Of a stretch of DNA of 58,451 bases, positions 45,948 through 54,561 are shown one piece after another (the first letter of the stretch is position 1; the number at the start of each line of letters is the position of its first letter). The DNA is taken from positions 1-58,451 of IMG/VR virus record IMGVR_UViG_3300031669_000033; one strand, written 5' to 3'. The translations under genes and the position numbers were made by a program. The notes below the pieces were generated by a model. It did not search any database, was not told the origin of the DNA, and saw only the letters and a program-made list of their open reading frames with translations. The stretch comes from a virus. Its lineage: Duplodnaviria; Caudoviricetes.

Positions 45948-46244
45948 TTAGAGGGCGAGGCTAGTCTGCGTGTCGGCGGTGGTGGCGCGGGCGCTGGGGC
46001 GGCGCTCGGCGCGCTGCATCTGGCGGTAGGCGCGATCGAGGTCGTCCTGGGCGCGGATGGCGCGGCGCGCGGCGTCGGTGTGGGCGGTCTCGGCCTTCGC
46101 AAAGATCCCGATGCGCAGGGCGCTCGGGCTGCGGTTCATGGCGCGGCGCGCGGAGGTCAGGGCGCGGCTGGCGGCGCTGCACTCGGCGTGGGCGAGGTCG
46201 GCGGCGGCCTGTGCGGCCTGGTAGATATCGGGGAGGGGCATCAT
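45948..46244 (-). CDS. Ala/Arg-rich helical hypothetical protein
   Basis: ATGA coupling to the upstream gene. Confidence 0.6.
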   Translation of the reverse strand: MMPLPDIYQAAQAAADLAHAECSAASRALTSARRAMNRSPSALRIGIFAKAETAHTDAARRAIRAQDDLDRAYRQMQRAERRPSARATTADTQTSLAL

Positions 46245-46393
46245 CGTGCTTTCCGTGCCAGGGCGTTGAGGTCTCGGTTCATCTGGCGCACCGCGGCGTC
46301 GTATTGGGGTTGCGTCAGTTCGCCTTCGATCAGGCGTTGGTCGAGGCGGTCCATCTGGCGTTCGGCCAGGCGCTCGATCTGTTCCTCGGTCAT
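46241..46393 (-). CDS. small hypothetical protein (50 aa, not in the ORF track)
   Basis: MTEEQIERLAERQMDRLDQRLIEGELTQPQYDAAV...; coupled at both ends. Confidence 0.7.
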   Translation of the reverse strand: MTEEQIERLAERQMDRLDQRLIEGELTQPQYDAAVRQMNRDLNALARKAR

Positions 46394-46587
46394 GCCTCGG
46401 TCTCCGTGGCGGTGTAGGAAAGGGGGCCTTCGTGCCGATCCCAGCCCATGCTGCGAACCTTCGGCCGGGCTGCGGCGATCGCGTCCTTCTTGTTCTTGGC
46501 GAACACTTCGACCTAGTAGCCGCGGTGGACACCCATGCTGCTATGGCCGGGGAACTTCAGGGCGGCGGTTACGGTGTAGGTTTTCAT
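46390..46587 (-). pseudogene. 65-codon gene interrupted by an in-frame TAG at codon 25
   Basis: AGGAG RBS; MKTYTVTAALKFPGHSSMGVHRGY*VEVFAKNKKDAIAAAR...TETEA-TGA overlapping the next ATG. Confidence 0.7.
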
Positions 46588-46613
46588 CGGGGCGTTCTCC
46601 TGCGGGGTTCGGG

Positions 46614-46817
46614 TTAGCGGCTGGCGCGGCCGGCGGCGTATGCGAGTTCCAGGGCGCGCTTCAGTTCCCACACCGCTACTTCGTGAAAGTCGAGGCTATC
46701 GCTGTTGCGGGTCTCGAGGGTCTCAATGCGCAGGGTGTTGGCGGCGATGCCGCCCACCAGGGTGCCGATCTGGTCGGCGGTCAGGGCGGTATGGGTGGTC
46801 TTGGTGGTGCGGGCCAT
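46614..46817 (-). CDS. DUF6900-like protein, first gene after repeat unit 3
   Basis: IETLETRNSDSLDFHEVAVWELKRALELAYAAG. Confidence 0.8.
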   Translation of the reverse strand: MARTTKTTHTALTADQIGTLVGGIAANTLRIETLETRNSDSLDFHEVAVWELKRALELAYAAGRASR

Positions 46818-46900
46818 CGGGTCAATCCCTAGTTTCTGGCTGGGGCTTATCCCCTTGCCGTGATCAGAATATGCCGCAAATTGCGGACCGATGCAAGCGG
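46818..46900 (-). promoter_or_regulatory. promoter-operator-leader repeat, copy 3
   Basis: TTGCAT-17-CATATT with the perfect palindrome; GGGG/CCCC hairpin; AGGGATTGACCCG-ATG. Confidence 0.8.
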
Positions 46901-46929
46901 TTTGTTCGTATAATTCGGACAAATATTCC

Positions 46930-46958
46930 TTGCATGCGGGGTGGCGTGTGGTCAAAGT
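46930..46958 (+). promoter_or_regulatory. rightward sigma70-like promoter, back-to-back with repeat copy 3
   Basis: TTGCAT-17-CAAAGT upstream of ATG 46983. Confidence 0.5.
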
Positions 46959-46982
46959 GTCAGCAGCAGAAGGGAACAAGCT

Positions 46983-47189
46983 ATGCACCAGGTTGATGCG
47001 GTTATGAGGCGGGCGTTTCCGCGGTTCGGGCACGACGTGTGCGATTGGGCGCGCTGCGTGATCGGGGCGCGGATCGCGCGGGAAGCCGGCTTGCGGATGG
47101 TGGCGGCGGATCGGCTGCGGGCGGCGGCGGAGTTCCGCCGGATACTGGCGCCGGCGCGGCAGACCGTGTTTCCGGAGCTGCCGCAATGA
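46983..47189 (+). CDS. hypothetical protein
   Basis: AAGGGA RBS; ATGA coupling to the next gene. Confidence 0.6.
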   Translation: MHQVDAVMRRAFPRFGHDVCDWARCVIGARIAREAGLRMVAADRLRAAAEFRRILAPARQTVFPELPQ

Positions 47190-47920
47190 GCGGGGAGGGG
47201 GCGGGGCCGATCCCGGGGCCGTATGCCTTCCGGCGCGACAACGAGGCAACCGGTGAGTCGGAGGACATGCTCCTGCTCGTTGAAATTGACGGCAATCTGC
47301 GATTGGTCGGTCGGGTCTATCACCGGGCAGTCGGGCCGATGGCCGATCATGTCTATGCGACCGCGCGGCTCATGGCGAATAGCTGGAACCTGCTGCAGGC
47401 GCTGCTGCGGGCGCGCGAGGGGCTTATCCGTGGGGGCATGGTGCCGTTCGTGGAGGAGGTCGATCGGGCGTTGACCAATGCGGACAGGGCGCCTCCGGAT
47501 GTCGGCCTATTTCCGGCGGTGTCGCCGGTCGCGGTCGCCGGTCTCGAGCGTGAAATTTTGAACATGCTCGAGGAGCGGTTCGAAGTGTTCATGGCGCGCG
47601 AAAGCAAGAATCCCGCGAGGGTGGTGGACGGCGATGTGCTGGACGCGCTGTGCCGCCTGGCGCGGTGTCGGGCAACGATGAAAGATCCGGTCCGGCTGCA
47701 GCGCGATCTGGCGCCGGCTGCGGCCGAGGTGCCGCCGGTGCGTGCGGTCGCGGTTCCGTGCCCGGTGCAGCCGCGTGGCTGCATCTGTCCGGTCGGCGCG
47801 GAGGCTACCTGCCGGAGCATGAATTGTGGGCGTGGGCTCGGCGCGGCCGGTCATTCGTGGGCCGGGCAGCATGTGTCGTGGATCACGGATCCGGGCGCGG
47901 GAGGCGGCAATGGCCGATAA
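47186..47920 (+). CDS. hypothetical protein with a C-terminal Cys motif
   Basis: A.ARLMA.S..LL.AL and GCICP.GAE.TC...C motifs. Confidence 0.65.
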   Translation: MSGEGAGPIPGPYAFRRDNEATGESEDMLLLVEIDGNLRLVGRVYHRAVGPMADHVYATARLMANSWNLLQALLRAREGLIRGGMVPFVEEVDRALTNADRAPPDVGLFPAVSPVAVAGLEREILNMLEERFEVFMARESKNPARVVDGDVLDALCRLARCRATMKDPVRLQRDLAPAAAEVPPVRAVAVPCPVQPRGCICPVGAEATCRSMNCGRGLGAAGHSWAGQHVSWITDPGAGGGNGR

Positions 47921-48797
47921 AACGGGGATAGAATGGACGGACGCAACCTGGAACGTGATTACGGGCTGCTCCGTGGTCTCGCCTGGCTGCACGAATTGCT
48001 ACGCGATGCGCCTGGCCGGCTCTCGTCTGATGCACCACCCCAGCCGTGCCGGCCTGACGCGGGATACGAAGGCGGGGCCGGTCTGGACGGGCGAGGTGCG
48101 GTTCAACGAGCAGTGGCTCCTGCAGCCGCTACGGTGGCGCAAGCCGCGGCGCATCTTCGTCTGCGCGCATGGCGACCTGTTCCATCCGTCGGTGCCCGAT
48201 GCCTGGCGCGATCGCGTCTTTGCCGTCATGGCGCTGGCGCGCTGGCATACGTTCCAGGTTCTGACCAAGCGTACGGCGCAGATGGCCGAATATTTCGGGG
48301 CCGGGCAGGGCCGCGGCGGCGCCCTGGATTTCTCGGACGCGGAAAGGCGCATCGAGATAGCGGCGGATGCGATCGGGGGCGTGCGCTCGGTCGGGATCGG
48401 CGTGCTGCCGCTTCCGAATGTGTGGCTTGGGACGTCGGCAGAAGATCAGCCGCGGGCCGACGAGCGTCTGTTCGACCTGATCCGGACGCCGGCGGCGGTG
48501 CATTTTCTCAGCGCGGAGCCGCTGCTCGGGCCGATGGATATCCGGCCGTTTTTGGGGCGTCCTGGTGGTGTCATTTATGATGCCGCTGGTAGCCCGGAGG
48601 ATTTCATTGATCCAGAGCGGGGCCTAGATTTGGTGATCGTCGGCGGCGAGAGCGGGCCGGGTGCGCGGGGCATGGACACGGAATGGGCGCGCAGCCTGCG
48701 CGATCAGTGCTCGGGGCACGCGTTCTTCTTTATGAAGCAGATGGCGCGGAAGGCTCCGATTCCGGATGACCTTATGGTGCGGGAGTGGCCGCGATGA
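47910..48797 (+). CDS. phage Gp37/Gp68 (DUF5131) family protein
   Basis: IEWTDATWN..TGC..VSPGC.NCYA, DLFH, FQVLTKR, S.EPLLG, GGESG and FFMKQ. Confidence 0.9.
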   Translation: MADKTGIEWTDATWNVITGCSVVSPGCTNCYAMRLAGSRLMHHPSRAGLTRDTKAGPVWTGEVRFNEQWLLQPLRWRKPRRIFVCAHGDLFHPSVPDAWRDRVFAVMALARWHTFQVLTKRTAQMAEYFGAGQGRGGALDFSDAERRIEIAADAIGGVRSVGIGVLPLPNVWLGTSAEDQPRADERLFDLIRTPAAVHFLSAEPLLGPMDIRPFLGRPGGVIYDAAGSPEDFIDPERGLDLVIVGGESGPGARGMDTEWARSLRDQCSGHAFFFMKQMARKAPIPDDLMVREWPR

Positions 48798-49027
48798 TGG
48801 GCGACCTGGCGCGGCTCGGCGGGTTTGAGGTTCATCTGTCGTCGCTGCTGGTTGAGCAGCGCAATGTGGCGCGGTCTCCATCCCGCGCGCTGCGGCGTTG
48901 GCGGCGGGGAATTCGGAAGGTGTCGCCGTTCCGGGATGTTCCGATTGGCGGGGCGTTCCGTGTCGGCCGCACGCTGTACCTGCATCCGGAAACCTTTGAG
49001 CGGCTCAAGGCGGCGCTAGCGCGATGA
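48794..49027 (+). CDS. hypothetical protein
   Basis: Coupled ORF. Confidence 0.6.
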   Translation: MMGDLARLGGFEVHLSSLLVEQRNVARSPSRALRRWRRGIRKVSPFRDVPIGGAFRVGRTLYLHPETFERLKAALAR

Positions 49028-49221
49028 TCCTGCTCCGGCTCTCCGGCTGGGCGGCGCTCGGTGCGCTGGCATGGCTGATGGTGATCGCGCCGGCGTGGCC
49101 GGAGCCGGTCATGTTCCTGCTGGTCTGCGTGCTGATGTCTCGGCGCCTGCTGCGGTGGGTGGCTCTGCTGCCTGGACGTCTGGCGGCCTGGTGCGGAAAT
49201 ATTCGAAGGGAAGGGCGATGA
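49024..49221 (+). CDS. small membrane protein
   Basis: Two hydrophobic segments; coupled. Confidence 0.55.
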   Translation: MILLRLSGWAALGALAWLMVIAPAWPEPVMFLLVCVLMSRRLLRWVALLPGRLAAWCGNIRREGR

Positions 49222-49460
49222 GCCAGAAAAAACGGCTGCTGTCGAAGGCGGATATTCGGCGGCTGATCTATCTCGGCGGCGGCCTGGGGTCTCCGTTGGT
49301 GGTGGTGACGCATGGGTTTGCCGGCATGAACGAGATCGAGGTGCGAAGCATGGTGATCGGGCACGGCATCGTGAAGTTCCTCCGGGAGCAGGCAGAGGCG
49401 CGTCGGGCATCCTTCGATCGGGAGTGCCTGTTCCAGGCGGGCTTGGAGGACAAGCGGTGA
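49218..49460 (+). CDS. hypothetical protein
   Basis: Coupled ORF (MSQKKRLL...). Confidence 0.6.
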   Translation: MSQKKRLLSKADIRRLIYLGGGLGSPLVVVTHGFAGMNEIEVRSMVIGHGIVKFLREQAEARRASFDRECLFQAGLEDKR

Positions 49461-49705
49461 GCGCGCGTAGGGCGGAAGCGTGGCGCATCTGGCGGTGCGG
49501 GCCGGAGGGCGCGGATCTGGCTGATGCGAATGGAGCCAAGCGGGCATTCGATGCGGCCTGGGATGCTGCGTCGAAGCCGTGGACGGTATGGAAGGACGCG
49601 GTTCCGGTGGTGCTGTTTTTCGCCACGAAGGAAGACGCGCATAAGTTCGTCGGTGTCATCCGGGAAGTTCGCACCGGTCTGGTCGGGACGTCGATCGATG
49701 ATTGA
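49457..49705 (+). CDS. hypothetical protein
   Basis: GGAGG RBS; GTGA overlap. Confidence 0.6.
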   Translation: MSARRAEAWRIWRCGPEGADLADANGAKRAFDAAWDAASKPWTVWKDAVPVVLFFATKEDAHKFVGVIREVRTGLVGTSIDD

Positions 49706-50306
49706 ACCGGTGAAGCCGCGGGCGCTCCGCTGGGGCAATATGCCGGTTCCCTACACGGCGCTGTGGTCGGGCGAGGTGCCGCTGCGCAAGCCAGCCATCG
49801 TGCGGGAAGAGTGGGAGGGCGTCTCGCTCTCGATGATCTCGGAAGGGGTCGACGCGCCGGCCGGCAAGCCGCTCTTTGCGATGGTGCACGCGGATCGCGC
49901 TCGCCGGGTGATTCGGGAGTTGTGGTGCCAGATGTGCCTGGCCGATCTGCCGCCGGTCGTGCTGGTCGTCAACCAGGGGCAGGTGGATCGGCATCGGCCG
50001 GTCATCAACGACGGGCTGCCGATGTGCTGGTCGTGTGCATCGGCGGCGGTGCGCGCGTGTCCCGGCATGCAGAGGCAGGCGGCGGAGGGGACGCTGCGGA
50101 TCTGGCGCGTGAACCGGGGCGCATGGCTGCATGCTCCGGTGCTGCTCGGCGTGGTGCCGGTGGAGCGCGGCGGCGACGAGGCGGTCAATGCGCTGGTGCG
50201 CGCGGCGCGGGGCCGGCTGTTCACCGGGCCTAAGCTCGTCCTCATGGAATGGGAGCAGGTGCTGCCTGGCGCGCTGGATGCGGAAACGGGAGGGGAATAT
50301 GGCTGA
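49698..50306 (+). CDS. Cys-rich conserved phage protein
   Basis: PVPY...W, G.P.FA..H..R....CQMC and P.C..CA.....CP. Confidence 0.65.
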   Translation: MIEPVKPRALRWGNMPVPYTALWSGEVPLRKPAIVREEWEGVSLSMISEGVDAPAGKPLFAMVHADRARRVIRELWCQMCLADLPPVVLVVNQGQVDRHRPVINDGLPMCWSCASAAVRACPGMQRQAAEGTLRIWRVNRGAWLHAPVLLGVVPVERGGDEAVNALVRAARGRLFTGPKLVLMEWEQVLPGALDAETGGEYG

Positions 50307-50610
50307 TCGGGGGCTTCTAAGCGCAAGGCTGGCAAATGCGATGGCGCCGGACGCGTTGGCAGAACTGCTGGCGCTCGGGCAGACCACGGTCGCGCTCGGG
50401 CGAGCATCGCTGCATTTCGTGGATCATCGGTGGACGGATCCGCATGACTGGCTCTCGGCGACGGGTCTGGTCACCTGGGAACCGGCAGGCGAGGGGCGGT
50501 GGGAGGTCGTAATCTCTCGCCTGGGGTGGCTCGTCCTGCTGCGGCGTGTCGAGTGGGATATGCGGGCGGCCGGGCTCATTCCTCCGGAAGAGGAACTTGT
50601 CGATGGCTGA
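50299..50610 (+). CDS. hypothetical protein
   Basis: GGAGG RBS. Confidence 0.6.
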   Translation: MADRGLLSARLANAMAPDALAELLALGQTTVALGRASLHFVDHRWTDPHDWLSATGLVTWEPAGEGRWEVVISRLGWLVLLRRVEWDMRAAGLIPPEEELVDG

Positions 50611-51325
50611 CCGTCCCATCGCATTCTCGGCGCCGATGATCGCGGCGCTTGAGGCCGGCCGCAAATTCCAGACGCGTCGGATATTGAAGCCGCAGCCGGT
50701 CGAGCAGCCAACCGGGAGCCTGTTGCGGGAATGTCGGCCGCACATCCATTTGAAAGCCGAAAATGCGGCAGCGCTGGTGAAAGAATGGCCGGGGGATTTG
50801 CCGTTCAAGGTGCGGGATCGGCTGTGGGTGCGCGAGGCCTATTGGCAGTGGGGCCGGTGGATGCTTCTGCCGGATGAAGTGACGAAGGGCGGCCGGGACA
50901 AGTGGCAATTCGAAGGGGATAAGCACCGCGTGATCTTCGAAGAGCCGCGCGCCTATATGCTCGGGCGCCGGGCCAGCAATCTCGGCGTCGAGGGCTGGCA
51001 CAAGCGGCTCGGCCGGTTCATGCCGCGCGCCTACTCGCGGCGCACGCTGGTGGTGTCCGACGTCCATGTGCATCGGCTGCAAGATATCTCGGAACAGGAC
51101 GCGCGGGCCGAAGGCATCGAGCCGGTCCCGGGTGGCTGGCGCTCATATGAGGCTTATCCGGACGGCACGCCCCATCCGCATTCGATCGTGCCAAATCTCT
51201 ATGCGAAAAGGTCGTTCATGGAACTGTGGAATAGCCTGCACGGCGCCGATGCGTGGGCATTAAATCCGTGGGTCATCGCAATCGGGTTTACCCAGGAAAA
51301 CGGAGGGGGAAATAATGGCGGGTGA
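50603..51325 (+). CDS. ASCH/PUA-like phage protein
   Basis: PI.FS.PM..A...GRK.QTRR, DRLWVRE, MPR, RLQDIS..DA.AEG and W..NPWV. Confidence 0.8.
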   Translation: MADRPIAFSAPMIAALEAGRKFQTRRILKPQPVEQPTGSLLRECRPHIHLKAENAAALVKEWPGDLPFKVRDRLWVREAYWQWGRWMLLPDEVTKGGRDKWQFEGDKHRVIFEEPRAYMLGRRASNLGVEGWHKRLGRFMPRAYSRRTLVVSDVHVHRLQDISEQDARAEGIEPVPGGWRSYEAYPDGTPHPHSIVPNLYAKRSFMELWNSLHGADAWALNPWVIAIGFTQENGGGNNGG

Positions 51326-51716
51326 TTTGAAGGCGGAAGTTCCGGCCGACGGGGAGGCGCCGCGCGAGCCGGGCAGCTCGGACTATGAAGCCGGGCGCAT
51401 GGCGGGGCTGGCGGCGGCGCTGTCCATCTGCGACGCGCATTATCGGGATCGGATCGGCGGCGTGTCGGCGGAGGCGGTCGCGGCGCAACAGTATGCGGCG
51501 GCCGGTGCAGGGAGCGCGGATTTCTGCGCGTCTGGCATCCGGGCGGAAATGGAGCGGGCGCGGGGCGCTGCGGCAGGCGAGTCGGGCATGTGGGCAGTCG
51601 ATGTTGTGGTGCGGCATCCAGAGAATGGCGCCGTCGTCCTGGTCTATGGGTCGCGGCGGCTGGGGGATGGGGAGTTGTGGGCGCTCGAGGACTATCTGCG
51701 CGAGTTCCGGATGTGA
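51315..51716 (+). CDS. hypothetical protein
   Basis: GGAGG RBS. Confidence 0.6.
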   Translation: MAGDLKAEVPADGEAPREPGSSDYEAGRMAGLAAALSICDAHYRDRIGGVSAEAVAAQQYAAAGAGSADFCASGIRAEMERARGAAAGESGMWAVDVVVRHPENGAVVLVYGSRRLGDGELWALEDYLREFRM

Positions 51717-52030
51717 TGGGCATGGCTGCGGTGATTGCTAAGTCCTATCGCATGAACCTGGCGGAGATACGGCTCAAGATGCGGGATGGCTGGCGCGATA
51801 TGCGGGAGGCGCCGCGCGACTGCTCCTGGATCGATGGGATGATGGCGGATCAATCGGTGGTGCGTGTCCACTATGCATGCGGCGATGGGGACGGTGCCCA
51901 ACGGTCGTTCCGTGGCTGGTTTCGATCGGCTGGCGCTGCGTGGTTCGCCGGGGTGGATGATCCGGTGTTGTGGCGGCCTATCGTGATGGAATGTCCGCAA
52001 TCTGCGGGCGCAACGGAGGGTGAAGGATGA
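51716..52030 (+). CDS. hypothetical protein (W.....AP.D motif)
   Basis: WRDMREAPRD...GW...P..WRP, a DUF551-like pattern. Confidence 0.6.
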   Translation: MGMAAVIAKSYRMNLAEIRLKMRDGWRDMREAPRDCSWIDGMMADQSVVRVHYACGDGDGAQRSFRGWFRSAGAAWFAGVDDPVLWRPIVMECPQSAGATEGEG

Positions 52031-52863
52031 CCACGGATAATGGAACGGAGGCCGCGGGGTGCTCCTTCTCGGTTGCCACGGATCGGCGCCGGGTTGAGGT
52101 CGTGGCGCGGGCGCTGGCGCAGGTGTTCGGCGCAGATCCTGACGAGGTGATCGCGGATAACGGGATGCCGTGCTGGGGCGCGTGGGGCGATCGCGCGGAT
52201 GTCGTGCTGCGGGCATTGCATGCGGAGGAAAATGCCGGTGCGGCGGTAGCGCCGGCGTCGCCGTTCGAGGCGCGGATCCTCGAGGTTCCTGTGGCGATGG
52301 AATGGGAAGGGCTCGATTTTCCTCCGGCGCCAACGGGCAGCGTGGGCGCGGCGGTCGATGCCGCTGTCGGGGAGGCGCTGCTGCGGGACGACTGGCCGCA
52401 ACTGGTGCCGGCGGATAGCGGGCGGGCGGCGCACTACATCCAGCGCGCTCGCATGCATCGGCTGCTGCTGGCGGCGGCGATGGCGTCGGTGGGGTGGCGC
52501 TGGATGCCGGTCGAGGCAACCGAGGCACAGCATGTGGCGGCGCGGGACTGGTCGGCGAAGAAATACGGGAAGTCGATCGGCATCGACGCATCGCGGGGCT
52601 GCTGGGGGGCGATGGCCGCGGCGGCTCCGGATCCGTTCGAGCAGTCGGGCTGGCCACTGCGCAAGATGCTTCTCGCGCTGGGCTCGGCGTCGGTGTCCGA
52701 GATCCTGTTCCGGGTCGCGCGCCAGCGGTCGGCTATGGAGACGGCGGCCGATCTGTTCCAGGCCTATGCCGACGAGCATCGGGCGGCCGGGAAGGACGAA
52801 AAGGCGCAACGCAACCAGGCGGCTGCCGAGGCTCTGCGCGCGGCGATGGGCGACGCGTCGTGA
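52027..52863 (+). CDS. hypothetical multi-domain protein
   Basis: P.EATE.Q...W.AM..AAP and YA..H.A.GK..KA.RN segments. Confidence 0.65.
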   Translation: MTTDNGTEAAGCSFSVATDRRRVEVVARALAQVFGADPDEVIADNGMPCWGAWGDRADVVLRALHAEENAGAAVAPASPFEARILEVPVAMEWEGLDFPPAPTGSVGAAVDAAVGEALLRDDWPQLVPADSGRAAHYIQRARMHRLLLAAAMASVGWRWMPVEATEAQHVAARDWSAKKYGKSIGIDASRGCWGAMAAAAPDPFEQSGWPLRKMLLALGSASVSEILFRVARQRSAMETAADLFQAYADEHRAAGKDEKAQRNQAAAEALRAAMGDAS

Positions 52864-53105
52864 TCACCTGGGAGCGAACCGGGCCGCGCTCGCACCGGGT
52901 GGTGATCGATCGGCGCTCGGACGTGGAGCGGGCGGCAGAGGCACGGTGGCGGGAAATGGAGCGTCTCCGCGGTGATCTATTGCGCAATATCTGGACGGAT
53001 GGTCGCGTGCTTCGGCTGTTGGGGGCATGCGATGCTCCGGCGCCGATGGTGGGGCGCAACCCGGGCGCCGGGTTGCTGGGCGGAATTTTCGGAGGGCTGT
53101 TCTGA
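52860..53105 (+). CDS. hypothetical protein
   Basis: Coupled at both ends. Confidence 0.5.
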   Translation: MITWERTGPRSHRVVIDRRSDVERAAEARWREMERLRGDLLRNIWTDGRVLRLLGACDAPAPMVGRNPGAGLLGGIFGGLF

Positions 53106-53758
53106 TGGACGAGGCGGCTGTGAAAGCGGGCGGTTGCGGCATCGTGGTCTTCGCTGGCGATGGGGTAGACGGGGGGGGCTCGGTGGCGTTGGCAGATGCG
53201 TCGGGAAACGTGGTGGGGTTCGTGCGGCCCGAGGCGATCCAGTGGCTTCCGTTCCTACCTTCGCCGGAGGCTGCGGGCATGGAGGCGAAGATGTCGCCGT
53301 GGGTCGGCGTCGATCTGGACCGGACGCTGGCGCATTACGATCGGTTCGTCTCCGGTACGCATATCGGTGAACCGATTCTGCCGATGGTCAGGCGGGTGCA
53401 GGCGTGGCTGGCGGCTGGGGTAGATGTGCGGGTGTTCACCGCGCGCATTGCGGTCGAAGATCCGGCGCCGATCGTGGCGGCGGTGCAGGCGTGGTGCGTG
53501 CGGCATATCGGGGTGGGGCTGCCAGTGACCGCGACGAAGGATTTCGGCATGGTGGAACTGTGGGACGATCGGGCGGTGCAGGTGCTGCCGAACCGCGGCC
53601 ATGCTGTGGTGGTGGTGGACCGGGCGGAACTGCTGCGGGAACTGTGCGGGCCGGAGTGCCGCTGCGGTGCTGGGTATGCGGCTTGTGATCAGCGCCTACA
53701 CACCAGCGCGGCGGTGGCGGCGGTGGTGGCGCTGCTCAAGCGGAAGGGGATCGGATGA
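53105..53758 (+). CDS. HAD-superfamily phosphatase-like protein
   Basis: GVDLDRTLA (DxD), VFTAR and K.......DDRA. Confidence 0.8.
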   Translation: MDEAAVKAGGCGIVVFAGDGVDGGGSVALADASGNVVGFVRPEAIQWLPFLPSPEAAGMEAKMSPWVGVDLDRTLAHYDRFVSGTHIGEPILPMVRRVQAWLAAGVDVRVFTARIAVEDPAPIVAAVQAWCVRHIGVGLPVTATKDFGMVELWDDRAVQVLPNRGHAVVVVDRAELLRELCGPECRCGAGYAACDQRLHTSAAVAAVVALLKRKGIG

Positions 53759-53991
53759 TGGCGCCGGGAGGGATGCCGCCGGATCCGGGAATGACGCCAG
53801 TCGAGTTCGTGTCGTGCTTGGCGCTTCTCCGGTGGAGCGCGAGCGAGGTGGCCATCTGGTGCGGCTATTCGCGGCAGACCGCGCAAGCCTGGGCGCTGGG
53901 GCGGCATCGCATCCCGGGGCAGGTGGTGAAGTGGCTGGATCAGCGGCTGGCGGGCGAGCTTGTCGATCCGCCGGCGCGGCCGGAGGTCTAG
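53755..53991 (+). CDS. small HTH protein
   Basis: MTP.EF..CL..L.W....A...G......W..G...IP..V..WL; paralogous to 42093-42365. Confidence 0.7.
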   Translation: MMAPGGMPPDPGMTPVEFVSCLALLRWSASEVAIWCGYSRQTAQAWALGRHRIPGQVVKWLDQRLAGELVDPPARPEV

Positions 53992-53995
53992 GGCG

Positions 53996-54163
53996 ATGAA
54001 GGATGCGGCAGTCCCATTCGGGTTCCGGAACCAGCGCGGGGGCATCGGCGCCGACGTGCTGCGGCTCCGGGCGTGGCTGCAAAAGATCGCGGCGGAGAGC
54101 CATGACCTGGTGGCGGCCAGTCAGGCGCGCTCGGCGCTGGCCGGCAAGGATCCGGGTCAGTGA
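53996..54163 (+). CDS. hypothetical protein
   Basis: 55-aa ORF in the operon. Confidence 0.5.
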   Translation: MKDAAVPFGFRNQRGGIGADVLRLRAWLQKIAAESHDLVAASQARSALAGKDPGQ

Positions 54164-54429
54164 CGGGCGTTCTGCTCCGGGCTCCTGCTGTGCTGCTGGT
54201 GGCATTCCTCGCCTGGGCGGTGTGGGTGCAAGTGGCGGCCTGGCGCGGCTGGGACATCGATCCGGCGCCGGAGGTCCGGGTGATGGCGCGGGGTGGGCTG
54301 CTTGACGGGCGCGGGGCATATAGTCAACATGCCGGGGCTGCAGGCGTTCGGTGGCTGCTCGTCTCGCCCGGGAAAGCGTCGCATGGACGTCCTGCAGCAA
54401 CCATCCGGAGCGGGATAGCGCAGCGGTAG
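54160..54429 (+). CDS. small membrane protein (3' end doubtful, runs into the RNA genes)
   Basis: N-terminal hydrophobic helix; GTGA overlap. Confidence 0.35.
   Translation: MTGVLLRAPAVLLVAFLAWAVWVQVAAWRGWDIDPAPEVRVMARGGLLDGRGAYSQHAGAAGVRWLLVSPGKASHGRPAATIRSGIAQR
54302..54330 (+). promoter_or_regulatory. promoter of the RNA cluster
   Basis: TTGACG-17-CAACAT. Confidence 0.5.
54336..54403 (+). ncRNA. candidate long-hairpin RNA ending in ACCA
   Basis: GCTGCAGG/CCTGCAGC closing stem plus stacked CGTTC/GGACG and GTGGC/GTCGC stems; 5 nt upstream of the CAT tRNA. Confidence 0.4.
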
Positions 54430-54481
54430 CGCGCACGGCTCATAACCGTAGAGGTCGAAGGTTCGAATCCTTCTCCCGCCA
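54409..54481 (+). tRNA. tRNA with CAT anticodon (Met, initiator-like 1:72 mismatch)
   Basis: Cloverleaf: AGCGGGA/TCCCGCC acceptor, GCGC D-stem, CTCATAA loop, GAAGG-TTCGAAT-CCTTC. No encoded CCA. Confidence 0.85.
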
Positions 54482-54487
54482 ATCGGC

Positions 54488-54561
54488 GCGGCTCTGGCCG
54501 AATGGTCAGGCACCAGCCTTCCAAGCTGAGGATGCGGGTTCGATTCCCGCGGGCCGCTCCA
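54488..54561 (+). tRNA. tRNA-Gly(TCC)
   Basis: GCGGCTC/GGGCCGC acceptor, CTTCCAA loop, GCGGG-TTCGATT-CCCGC, U73 and CCA. Confidence 0.92.

Noticed and set aside
43675-46900. CRISPR array or integron attC interpretation of the repeats
   Set aside because: The copies are about 1.5 kb apart, have promoter and RBS structure, and there is no cas or integrase gene.
54409-54561. tRNAs as a prophage attachment site
   Set aside because: Phage genes continue on both sides, and I saw no duplicated tRNA 3' end or integrase.
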